NCBI GenBank assembly: GCA_965112735.1
Contig: OZ218958.1
Location: 1,054,001-1,118,000 of the forward strand
Length of the DNA: 64,000 nucleotides
From: Phaeosaccion multiseriatum
Taxonomy: Eukaryota; Protista; Ochrophyta, other classes
Direction of reading: 5' to 3'
Positions within the stretch are counted from its first letter, which is position 1, and each line of letters opens with the position of its first letter. The position numbers were made by a program, and so were the translations under genes. The notes under the pieces were generated by a model, which worked only from the letters and a program-made list of their open reading frames with translations, did not search any database and had not been told where the DNA came from. Shown piece after piece: positions 1-11,494 of the stretch.

Positions 1-70
1 TAGATAGAGAGGAGTGGCATGGACGGAGAGAGGCACAGGCACACGAATTCAAAAACCCCACAATCTACAC

Positions 71-295
71 CTCCCTCCCTTCCGTATTGACCACGTACTT
101 CGGCGGGAAGCCGCACAGGATCTGTGCCGTCTCCGCCTCCTTCTTGTTCATCCCCAGCTCCTTCCACATCAACTTCTTGAAATCCTGAAAGGAGGAGTCG
201 CCGTCAAAGCCATGATTGGCCGTAGTGAGTGAGTGCGTTGACATCTTGCCACCCTTGGAGGTGGCCTTGACGCGGAGGCGCCACTCGCTGCTCAT
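71..295 (-). CDS. First exon of a protein with an N-terminal ubiquitin-like/UBX-like domain (OTU1/YOD1-like N-terminus); gene runs off the left edge
   Basis: MSSEWRLRVKATSKGG...ILCGFPPK resembles the (M)RLRVR...I..G(Y/F)PP(K) pattern of OTU1/YOD1-type Ubl domains. Possible donor GAG|GTGTAG near 70. Confidence 0.5.
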
Positions 296-791
296 CCTGT
301 CTCTTTCCTCGGCAAGGTCTGTACTCTCCTTCTTTTGCTTTAAAACATGTTAGCTCCACGCCCTCCTTTCCTGTCAGCAGCTGGTCCTACAGCTGCTGCC
401 ACCCCCTTCGCTTCCCTCTTTTTATCTCTCCCTTCCTCCTCTTTTCCTCTTTTTCCTCGGATCCTTGTATAAATTACACCCTTAAGTGCCATCTATGGTT
501 GTCTAAAAGTAATGCGAGTAATGCGGATCCTCGTAGGGCCTGTTGGTGCTTCAATGCAGTATTCACAGCCCGACTTCGATTTGCGGATGTTGCGCATCCT
601 TGAAGAGCTTTGAACGCGAATACGCAGGACTTGAGCCATCTTTCACCTCAACTTCTCCTCTACAGCCGCTGACTGCTGTCAACTATCATCGCTCTCAGTA
701 CCGGGCCCCCGCCTTTTTTTCTTTCCCCCCAAAGGGAAGAGCAATGAAACGCCGCGCTCGGTAGCAGGGAGAGGCGGGAGAGGCGGGGAGG

Positions 792-2593
792 ATGATATCT
801 CACAGTCCCCAGCAGCAGAGCGCCGCTGGTCCCTCTACTGCGTGCACCGTCCAAGCTGGGGACAGCAGGAGCCAGACTGTAGCGGCCTGGGGTGTTCTCG
901 ATACCGTACTGCGGAGCAAGGAACTTTGGGGTGTCAGCCGGGCCCTCGACGAGGTGACATCACGCACTCTCGTGCTGAATTCCGCTGTGCCCGCCCCTGT
1001 CCAACAGCGTATGCTCGGTCTCCTCCGGTGGCAGCAGCGGGAAGAGGAGAAGCACACTCGTTTATCACAATCTCTAGCGGCAGAGGTGGGGGCCATTGGT
1101 AGCGGAGAGGGAGTGGGAGGCCTGGGGGGAGGCAAACCGAGACGCACGCTCGGCATTGCAGCTGTGCGCCTGGGCCCCAGCAGGAGCTACTTTCATGGTC
1201 TCGATCTGGCCTCCGCTGACGAAGCTCTGGTCACGAAGGCGTTGGCGCTATTACCGGCATCGGTCAAGCGTGTGTGTTTCTCGGACGATTTCAACCAAGG
1301 TAACATCACGTTACCAAGAACCGTGGAGGAGGTGCAGATGGGGGGGGGCTTCAATCTCCCTTTGGATCTCCCCGCCTCGCTGAAGAAGATCAGATTTGGC
1401 TTGTTCTCGCAGTTCAATCAGCACGTGGTCCTTCCTTGCGGTGTGGAGCAGGTGGAGATGGGGTGTGACTTTAACCTCCCTCTGTGGATCTCCCCGCTTC
1501 GCTGAAGAAGATCAAATTTGGCGGAAGTTTCAATCAGCACGTGGTCCTTCCTTGCGGTGTGGAGGAGGTGGAGATGGGGTGTGACTTTAACCTCCCTCTG
1601 GATCTCCCCGCTTCGCTGAAGAAGATCAAATTTGGCAGAAGTTTCCATCAGCACATGGTCCTTCCTTGCGGTGTGGAGGAGGTGGTGATGGGGCGGGCTT
1701 TTAACCTCCCTTTGGAGCTGCCTGCCTCGCTGAAGAAGATCGAATTTGGCGTAAGTTTCAATCAGCGCGTGGTCCTTCCTTGCGGTGTGGAGGAGGTGCA
1801 CATGGGTGGGGACTTTAACCTCCCTCTGGCCCTGCCTGCCTCGCTGAAGAAGATCAAATTTCGCGGTTTCAATCAGCACGTGGTCCTTCCTTGCGGTGTG
1901 GAGGAGGTGCAGATGGGGTGGCACTTTAACCTCCCTCTGGAGCTGCCTGCCTCGCTGAAGAAGATCACATTTGGCGGGAAATTCAATCAGCACGTGGTCC
2001 TTCCTTGTGGTGTGGAGGAGGTGCGCATGGGGTGGGACTTTAACCTCCCTTTGGAGCTGCCTGCCTCGCTGAAGAAGATCACATTTGGCGGGCAATTCAA
2101 TCAGCACGTGGTCCTTCCTTGCGGTGTGGAGGAGGTGGAAATGGGGTGGGACTTTAACCTCCCTTTGGAGCTGCCTGCCTCGCTGAAGAAGATCACATTT
2201 GGCGGGAAATTCAGTCAGCACGTGGTCCTTCCTTGCGGTGTGGAGGAGGTGGAGATGGGGCATGGCTTTAACCTCCCTCTGGCCCTACCTGCCTCGCTGA
2301 AGAAGATCACATTTGGCGATTGCTTCAATCAGCACGTGGTCCTTCCTTGCGGTGTGGAGGAGGTGCAGATGGGGTGGGGCTTTAACCTCCCTCTGGCCCT
2401 GCCTGCTTCGCTCCGGATTCTCGAGCTTGGACGGAACAACACCTGCCCCACTGAGAAGCTGCCTGCTGGCCTCATGAAGCTAACCGTTGGTGAGAACTAT
2501 CCTCTGCCTGTTGATCTACCTGAGGGGCTTTTGATCGACATAAAGGCGAGTACTAGGTCGAGGACTAGGGGGGGAGGGAGAGGAAGAAGATGA
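792..2593 (+). CDS. Intronless FNIP/LRR-like tandem-repeat protein, interrupted by a 2-nt frameshift near 1483 (pseudogene or sequencing error)
   Basis: ORFs 792-1505 and 1484-2593 join into one protein with about 10 copies of a 38-aa unit (LPASLKKIxFGxxFNQHVV-LPCGVEEVxMGxxFNLPL) matching FNIP-type repeats (FNQ/FNLP...LP..L..L.FG). One unit reads CCTCTGTGGATC where the next unit has CCTCTGGATC (extra TG). Confidence 0.8.
1251..2410 (+). repeat. Coding tandem array, 114-bp unit, about 10 copies
   Basis: TGAAGAAGATC recurs at 1381, 1503, 1617, 1731 and onward with a near-invariant framework. Confidence 0.95.
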
Positions 2594-3588
2594 TGATGAA
2601 CCCGGCGCTTATTGAGCTCTTGGAGAGAGACGTGTCCTTTGTAGCTAGGACAGCGCAGCGCTCCTCCGAGGAAAGAGAGAAGGGGGGGAGGCATGCAGCA
2701 CACTGTGGACATCGTGGCTGGAGGCGAGTCATCGGAAGCTCTGCCCGCTCCATGCATTACTTGACGACGGGCCTTGCCGTGGGACGGCCACTGCAGACAT
2801 CGTTATCGCAGTGAGAGAGAGGGGTGCCGCCGGGCCTCTGAGAGCGTACTTACAGAGAAGGCTCTCCCCACTCTCGCCCTCTCGCTGCGCGATGGAAGGA
2901 ACATTCTCGCCGCTCATCACACCTCATCACTCTTTGAAGGCAGCCAGAGGAGCATGCCCCATTCTTGTCCCGAGAGAGAGAGAGAGAGTGTGTGTGTGAG
3001 TGTCGGCAGCTACATGGCACCGCCCGATACGATGAAGGGGCCTTGTGATGACTCTGAGCAGAAGGGCAGTCGCGCCACAGGGCACAAGAGTGCGGCGACT
3101 GTCCTTTCCACGCTTCGCAAGTGAGCTTCCTTTGATATAATATGTAATCTTAGCTCTTCTCGTTCTACCTCATTCCCTTCCCCTCTCCCTCATCCCCTCC
3201 CCGCTCCAGCCTCATCGCCAGCAAGCTGTGGCGTGGCCTTCCTTGCTCCAAACCTGCAAGCGGCATGCAGTACCTCCTTACACCCCTCCCTCCCCCTCTA
3301 TACACATAGAAGGAAGGTCGTAAAAGAAAACAAAACATCAATCCATCCATTCTTGTCTCTCCCTCTCTTCAAATCACAGGCTCCTCCACCCACTCCACCA
3401 TACCACCAACTCGTCCACTCCAGACAGAACCTCAGATCAGCTGCCCAGTGTCACCAGTATCCGTGCCGTGAGCAAGTAGTCTTGCTCCCTCTCTCTCTCT
3501 CCCTCCCTCTCCCTTTACTTGTCTCCTCCTTGCTCGTTGGAGTGCAGTAAGCAAGCAGCCTTGCTCTCTCGCATCTGTCTCTTGTCTC

Positions 3589-3918
3589 TCATCGCCGCTG
3601 GATCTTCATGAGGTTTCTGAAGAGTCCCTTGACGGTAGGAGTGAGACGTGTCTTGTTGTACAAGTCGCCCACCTGTCGGAGAGCCTCGGCAGCTGAAGAG
3701 AGAGAGAAGTGGATGGATGGATGGCAGTGCATGGCAGTGGAGCAAGGGGAGAGTGCGGAGTGATGTGAGCGGCTGCCAAGGTCCCGGACTGGGAGACAGA
3801 GGGGACACATGCTAAAAGGCAGGTATAATACGGGGAGGAGACAGGCAGAGATAGACAGACAGACACGAAGACAGAGACAGACAGATAGAAAGACGGACAG
3901 ACAGACAGAGACTGACAC

Positions 3919-3983
<65 letters not shown>

Positions 3984-4032
3984 AAGAAAGACGGACAGAC
4001 AGACAGGCTGACAGACAGACAGACAGACAGAA

Positions 4033-4100
<68 letters not shown>

Positions 4101-4101
4101 G

Positions 4102-4147
<46 letters not shown>

Positions 4148-4207
4148 TAGACAGACAAGACGGACAGACAGACAGACAGACAAGACAGACAGACAGACAG
4201 ACAGACT

Positions 4208-4245
<38 letters not shown>

Positions 4246-5992
4246 AAGACAAAAAAGTAGACAGAGACAGACCGACAAGATGGACAGGAAAAACGAAACT
4301 CGTCTCTACCACGCAACACGCAGATAGACCACCAACGCATGAACTTACTCGTGGGGTAGGGGTGGATGACGGCGGCGAGCTTCCCAATCCCAATGCCATT
4401 CTGCATCGCCACACTGAGCTCACTAATCAAGTCCCCTGCACTAGCCCCGACAATGGTGGCGCCGAGGAGGGTATCCGAGCCGGCCTTGACGTGCACCTTG
4501 ACGAATCCACTCGTGTCCCCCTCACAGATGGCTCGATCAACGTCCGCGAGTTGCTTGGTGTACGTGTCGTACTTGATGCCCTGCGCGTCGAGATCGCGTG
4601 GGTACAGGCCCACGTGTGCGACTTCGGGCTCCGTGTAGGTGGCCCAGGGAATGAGCAGGGAGCTGATAGTGGAGTAGAGTGGGGTGGAGTGGGGGTGTCG
4701 GGGTGGGGGTGGAGGGGAGAGGAAGAAGGAATGGGTGGAGGTGGAGAGGAGTGGAGTGGAAGGGAGGGGAGTGGAGTGGAGTGGAGGTGGAGGGGAGAGC
4801 GACAGGTCAGCATCTCTCATCCTACAAAGAACAAGAAGAAAAAGAGAAGCGACAGACCCAATGGATGCGGGGCCGGCCCGCCTGTCACCTCTCTTTCCAC
4901 CCGCTCCCCACCCACTACAAGGAATGCCACACCTCCGCTCCACAGTAAAGATAAGATGATGTAAGATGACATGAGACAACATGAACATACCTGAACTTGC
5001 CCTTGCCGAAGAAGAGCGCGTTGCGAATGACGATTCGCGCCATAAAGTCCGACACGTGCGTGAACTGAAACGGTGTGCAGCAGTCCCCCACCGCGAAAAT
5101 CGCCTTGTTGGACGTCTGCAGCTGATCGTTCACCTCCACCCCATTGCGAGTGTCATACTTGACCCCTGCGGCCTCGAGACCAATGCCCTGGACATTGGGT
5201 TTACGTCCTGTAGCAACGAGCAGTGCCTCGGCTTCGAACACCACCTCCTTCTCCTCCTCTCCATCGGGTCCGCCTTGTCGGCACGTTACTCTCATGACGT
5301 CAGCGACGGTTGTCATACGGTCTCCACCGGCTGCTCCTTGTTGCCCTACAACTGTCTCCACCTTGTCAAACTTCAAGTAGAAGTTGAACTTGATGCCGTC
5401 TTTGAGGAGCTGCTCCTGCACGATGCGAGCGGCGTCTTCGTCCTCCTTGGGCATGATCTTTTGTTGGAGAGGGAGGGAGGGGAGGAAGGGGAGGGAGGGG
5501 GAGGTAGAGGGAGGGGTGTGGAGGTGAGAGAGAAGGGGAGAAAGAGAGAGAGACAGAGAGGGGAAAGAGAGGGGAGGAGAGAGGGAGAGAGAGAGGGAGA
5601 GAGGTGAGACAGAAGGGGAGAAAGAGAGAGAGACAGAGAGGGGAAAGAGAGGGGAGGAGAGGGGGAGAGAGAGAGAGGGAGAAAGAGACATTCGAGAAGA
5701 GAGTCATACCTGGTCAGAGCGCACCAACACGGTTACTTCCGATCCGAAGCGGCGCATTGCTTGGGCAAGCTCCAGACCGATGGGCCCTGGGGGGGTGTTG
5801 GGTGGGTTGGGTTGGGTTGGATTGGAGAGAGGGTTGGGTGTCAGGGTGGGGTTAATGATTGATGGCCCAGGCACAACTAGCAAGAGGAGGGCAGCAGGGC
5901 GAGGCAGGAGAGAAGCGTTGCGCGCTTTGGGGTCAAGCAGAGCAGGAGTAGCAGGGGTAGTAGGAGTAGAAGCAGCAGTAGTAGTAGTAGTA

Positions 5993-6073
<81 letters not shown>

Positions 6074-7228
6074 TAGCAGTAGTAGTAGCAGAAGAATACG
6101 TCAGAGGTGTACACGTGTACATGCATTGTCTCTTACCTCCGCCAATGACGAGCATCCTCGGGGGCAAAGTGGTGAGATTGAAGATGGAGTTATTGGTAAG
6201 GTAAGGGGCCTCGGCAAGACCGGGGATGGGCGGGAGGGCCGCTGTGCCACCGGTAGCGACGACCGCCTGGGGGGAGAGTAGTTGGAGGCGTATGAGGAGG
6301 GAGAAGATACGGGGGGGGGGAGGAAGTGGGGAGGAGAGAGAGAGAGAATACAAAAGGAGAGGGCAAACAGACATGGGTGTGGTGCGAAGGACACACTTAC
6401 ACCACAAGACGGGCTCACTCACCCTCTCACATAGATTGCCACCTCCCCAGCAAGTCCATCCACCACCCTCCATCCCTCAACTTATGACACACGACACCAT
6501 TGACATACTGCACCCACCCACCCGCCCATTGTGACATACACCTATTGACTATTGGCGTACCTTCTTGAACTTGAGGGTCTTGCCATTGACCTCAATGGTG
6601 TTGGGTCCTGTGAAGGTCCCTCTGCCCAAGAAGACATCGATACCGAGGTCCTTACTGAAACGCTCGGCAGAGTCGTGATGCGAGATGCCAGCTGACAGAG
6701 AGGGGAGAGGGGGGGGGGGTGGCAGTGGATGGGGGTGGTGAGGGAGGAACGTGAGGGGCTCAAGGGGGTTGAGAGAGAGAGAGAGAGAGCTACCCCTACA
6801 TGCCTTGTCTTGCTTCTATGCCTGTTCCCTCCACGCCTGTTGCCTCTATGCCTCTATGCCGTTACATGTATGCATGTTGGTTGTCCGCCTTCTTACCTCG
6901 TATCTTGCGCATGCGCTCCATGACCTTCGCGAAGTCGATGGTGACGTTCTCCGCCGTCACGCCGTACTCTGCCCCTCCTGTGGTCATCATGTGAGCCGCC
7001 TGTGTGTACAGTTGCCGCCAAGTGTGACATGGACAATGGACATACAACATGATGACATAAGTAACGGCATGCATGTACATGCAAAAGGCAACGCTATCTA
7101 AGTCGCCCTAAGTCGTTAATTACGCAACCCACTGTGAGGACTTATGGAAGGCAGTGGATGGCAACCCTCCCCCCCATATGCCTCCCTCCTCTCTTACATT
7201 TCAACTCAGCTCCATACTCGCATGCATG

Positions 7229-7264
<36 letters not shown>

Positions 7265-7852
7265 CAGGCAGGCAGGCAGACACGGTGCTCACCTTGGCAG
7301 CAGCGATGAGGGCCTTGGAGGGCACACAGCCGACGTTGAGGCAGTCTCCGCCTGTGAAAGAAGGGATGATGATGACAGCAGGCAGGGAGGGAGAGAAGGG
7401 GAGAGGGGGGGCGGGACAGCTGTTAAGGGATGCTTCAGCATATACACGTTGTACGCTCTGTGCGTGTGTGTGTGTGCGACAGACTCCCCCCCTCTTCTCC
7501 TTTACACCTACCTAGCAAGTGGTCCTCGATAAGCGCCACCTTCGCGCCCACTCCGGCGGCCCCTGCAGCGCTCACGAGCCCGCCCGACCCCGCTCCCAGC
7601 GCCACGAGATTGTAAACGTTGTCATCGGCGGTCTCGGGGTCCTTCCAGGCAGGGGGGTGCACGTTATCGAGGAGCTCGACATTGTGTTCGTCGAGGGGAC
7701 TGACGTTGATGTGCTGGAGCGAAGACTGGACAGCCTCACCCCGGGGAGGAAAGGGAAGGGGAAGGGGAGGTGGGGGGGAGTGGGAGGGGGGAGGGGAAGG
7801 GGAAGGGGAAGGGAAGGGAAGACCAGGGTTAACAACAGCAGACAGAAAGGCC

Positions 7853-7912
<60 letters not shown>

Positions 7913-8982
7913 GGTAATTGCCGTGAGCATCTGCCTTCTCTGGATAGATCAACAGATAGCACATGCATCACAGCATATGGATCTAGGGGGGGCGTGAACG
8001 ACGCGAACGACCCCTCCCTCCCCCTCTCCACGTATCCCACGCGGCAAAAACTCAAACTCAAACTTACTTGGAGGTCCTCGTCATGGCTCACCACCCCCGA
8101 TAGATCGGACTGCTTGCCACCGCCGCTGCTGCTGCCACCGACACCGCCGCCATCGCCCGCAGGGAAGAGGCTGCTGCCGAGTTGCCCCCAGGACAGTTTC
8201 ACGCCCTCCGCGTTTGTCACCCTGCCGCCGTGGTTAGGCTCGTCGCTAGAGAAGCGGTAGAAGAGGTCAGCGTCCTTGAAGGGGTGATCGCCGGTCACGT
8301 GACGGAAGAGGCCGAGTTCGAGCATGAGTTGGCCGACTTGCACCGCGTCTTCGTCGCTCATGTTCCCCGCTGTGGGAGGGACAGTCGGTCATGAGTCATA
8401 TGGGCAGGGGCAGTGGTAGATGGGGAGCATGGAAAGAAGTTTTAGGGTGTGAGAGGGGTGAGGCGAGAATCATCATCATGACTTACGCAAGGAAACCGCC
8501 AGACCCGGCCGTCATTGTTTTATTGTGTCCTTTGATGTCTTATCTGTCCATCCCCCTCCCCGTGTTGATGTGTTAGCTGTGTTGACCGCACGCACGCACC
8601 TGCATCCGAGCGAAGGTAGTTGACAGCGTCTGTGCCGAGGAAGCTCTTCTTGAAGGTCTGGAGATGGTACTTGCGGTCCTTCACCTCCAGGCTGGAGCGC
8701 ATCTTGTCGCACAGGATCTGTATCATCGAAGAGGGCAGAGAATCGTTTCAGGTCCCCACACACACAACACACCCTCATAGCCCTTACCACGCCCTTTGCG
8801 ACCCTGAGTCGCGGAAAGCCACAGCAGAAAGCTACAGTTTCTCTCCTTGTCCCCAACCCTGATAGAGCCCCGCTCGGTGCATTTTCTCTCACCTCCAGCT
8901 CTTCATCCTTAAAGTCTGTGGTCTCATCCCCCGAGCTGGCTTTGACGAGAGACGGCAAAGTGTTATCATCCGGCGCACTCAT
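3589..8982 (-). CDS. DEP-domain + class I pyridine nucleotide-disulfide oxidoreductase (MerA/LpdA-like family), about 12 exons
   Basis: DEP: LEVKDRKYHLQTFKKSFLGTDAVNYL...AVQVGQLMLELGLFRHVTGDHPFKDADLFYRF (8720-8250). FAD site LGAGSGG. Redox motif GGDCLNVGCVPSK (7293-7351). Also ISHHDSAERF, VVATGG, VIGGGPIGLELAQ, LVATGRKPN, FAVGDC, ATYTEPEVAHVG and IHPYPT. Stop TGA at 3591-3589. GT-AG junctions keep frame. Confidence 0.9.
3838..4275. repeat. (GACA)n intronic microsatellite
   Basis: Seen directly; a shorter tract lies at 7853-7912. Confidence 0.97.
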
Positions 8983-9328
8983 GTCTGATGGAGTTGCAGG
9001 GACAGGTCAAGAGCTGTGTGAGAGTGAGCAAAAAACAAAGCTGCCTTCCTTCCCCCTTGTCCTTCTTCTTTGACGCCTCCTCCCGGTACCTGCTTTAAAT
9101 AGTGTTCCCTTCAACGACGATGGAAGATGGGTTGCTGTTGCGTTGTGTGTGTGGAGAGCAAGACGTGAGAATGGTGGGTTGTGAGAGTGGATCTTTGATC
9201 TTCCCGAATGCCGAGGGAGACTTCCCGAGGATGCTTGGCTTGGCTCTTGGTGCTCCAGGGTCACAAAGGACGACGACGTGGCTTTGGGTAACCGTCTTGT
9301 CTCAGCTTGATCCTTACCGCAAAACACA

Positions 9329-10058
9329 ATGGCAAAGATCACCCCAGGCCTGGTGAAGGAGATTAGCGCACTGGAGGAGCATGAGTGGCACTGGAACAAG
9401 ACCATGGCGAAAAGCGAGTCTGCTTTGCTTGGTGAGCGCTCCCAACACTGTCTTCTTCATCCATCTCCCTCTCCTCTTCGCTGCCTCTGGGAGTGACAAA
9501 GAGCTGACAATTCCTGACCGCTCCTGACCAATTGAATCTCCTCCTCCGTCAATTCCCCCGCCCCTCTCCTCCCTCGCTCGCTCGCTCACTCTAGTGATGG
9601 ACTGCCACCAGCAATGGTGCGGGCCTTGTGAAACAATGTGGCCAACCTTCCAACGCATCTTCCTCGACACTCCCATGTGTGAGAAGCGATGTATATTCGT
9701 TTCGGTAAGCTAGTGCTCAGTCTGTGTTGTCTGTTGCGCTCGAAGGATACCCGTAGCTAAGTGCTGATTTGCTCTGTCTCTCTCCCGCTCTCCCTCTTTT
9801 TCTTTTTTTCTTCTTCTTCTTCTTCTTCTTCTTCTTCTTCTTCTTCTTCTTCTTCTTCTTCTTCTTCTTCTTCTTCTTCTTCTTCTTCTTCTTCTTCTTC
9901 TTCTTCTTCTTCTTCTTCTTCTTCTTCTTCTTCTTCTTCTTCTTCTTCTTCTTCTTCTTCTTCTTCTTCTTCTTCTTCTTCTTCTTCTTCTTCTTCTTCT
10001 TCTTCTTCTTCTTCTTCTTCTTCTTCTTCTTCTTCTTCTTCTTCTTCTTCTTCTTCTT

Positions 10059-10089
<31 letters not shown>

Positions 10090-10352
10090 ACCCCCCCCCC
10101 CGACCCCCCGGCATCTCCCATCCCACTTCACACCCCACCAAGGCCGACCTGGACAAATTTGCATCCCAAGTCGAAGCCATCCTAACACCAGACAGTAAGA
10201 TCAACCTCGACAAGCAGGGGTGTATGCCCTTCTTCCTCATGATCCGCAATGGGGCCGTAGTGAAAGTAGTCCAGGGAGCGAATGTGCCTGGAGTGCATGA
10301 GGCCGTACAGGCACACGTGCCTGAGTACATAGAGAGTCAGGGGGGGGAGTAG
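9329..10352 (+). CDS. Thioredoxin-fold protein (WCGPC), similar to thioredoxin-type outer-arm dynein light chains / the NME8-like Trx domain; exons 9329-9431, 9595-9704, 10143-10352
   Basis: Spliced translation MAKITPGLVKEISALEEHEWHWNKTMAKSESALLV|MDCHQQWCGPCETMWPTFQRIFLDTPMCEKRCIFVS|ADLDKFASQVEAILTPDSKINLDKQGCMPFFLMIRNGAVVKVVQGANVPGVHEAVQAHVPEYIESQGGE*. Donors GTGAG/GTAAG are canonical and phases are compatible. The CxPxF...GAN.P tail is typical of the dynein-associated Trx subfamily. Confidence 0.85.
9808..10088. repeat. Pure (TTC/GAA)n tract, about 93 units, in intron 2 of the thioredoxin gene
   Basis: Seen directly. Confidence 0.98.
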
Positions 10353-11026
10353 AGGAGTACAGTAGAAGGAATAAGAAATGAGCAGGCCATATGTATGCAT
10401 ACACACGTATAAATATATATACATATATACACACATATATATACATATTATGTCTTCTCTCACGTGATGTATATATATAAATATACGTATATAATTCGTT
10501 ATTGATTACCGCTTGATACGCCTGAGTGCTCTTTAGTACAACATGACCCAAGGGAGGGGACTGACAACCGAACGATCGTAACCTTCGTTGCTCAGCGCTG
10601 TCTCAGTGTGACTGAAAGACCGTGCCTCCGCATCGTTTGCCCCTCTTCTTCGGTGATTCCTCTTACGTCATAAATATTCCCTCTCTCTCACCGCTTGCTT
10701 TGCTGCTGTGTGTTGTTGTTTGTCTTCCTCTTCACGGGGTAAGAAGCGAGGGGGGGGGTGCGAGAAGCAATTTGAAGGAGGAGGGGGGGGGGGGCGAGAA
10801 AGAGCGTGGAGGAGGAGGGGCGGAAAGCAGTACCAAGGGGGGGCTGACTGGGTACTTCGCGCAGGCATGACACACGCACGCACGTGCTCACTCCTTGGCT
10901 GGACGGCTCTGCGACCTCCTACTACTTCACCCATAAAAAGAATACCAATAACAAAATGTTATTATGATATGTACACATGACGCTACCCTTATGCTAGTCC
11001 TCCCTCTCTCTCTCTCACTCACTCAT

Positions 11027-11462
11027 TCACTCACTCACGACCTCAGGTCCTACCCCCTCGCTCTCCCCCCGCGCCTCCGCTGCCGCTCCATCTTGCCTGT
11101 CTTCTGCCCCCTCTTCCTCGTCGCCGCCGTCGTCGTCGTCGTCATCCTCCCCCTCATCATCATCGTCATCGGTACCCTGCTCACCAGGGGAAGGCAACAA
11201 AGGTGCCTGCTTCTCCTGTTGCAGCTTCTCCTGCTGCTGTATCACCAACTTGTGCTGCTCCTGTTCCTCCTTGATGGATCCCGCCAGCCCCGCCGCCTCC
11301 ATCCGACGACTCAGCTCGTACCCAGGGGGGATGTCGAACAGAAGCTTGCTCTGCGGTGCCGTTACACAACGAGCAAACTGCACCACCCAGCTACATCCCA
11401 TGTACAGGGGCAGCGACACCTGACAGAGTGTAGCAGCACGAGAGGGTGTGTGTGTGAGAGAG

Positions 11463-11494
<32 letters not shown>

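Noticed and set aside
1418-2263. 281-aa antisense ORF
   Set aside because: It is the shadow of the 114-bp coding repeat on the + strand.
1251-2410. CRISPR array or diversity-generating retroelement
   Set aside because: Units are contiguous coding repeats without spacers. Variation is not adenine-specific, and no RT or cas gene is present.
3440-3591. Selenocysteine read-through of the reductase TGA
   Set aside because: There is no GCUG/CU-type motif. The protein ends at the expected family terminus (...KIQRR) and no SECIS was recognised.
3589-8982. True mercuric reductase (merA)
   Set aside because: It lacks the C-terminal vicinal cysteines and the NmerA domain.
9710-10330. Poly-R/K/S/F ORFs
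   Set aside because: They are translations of the intronic (TTC)n tract.
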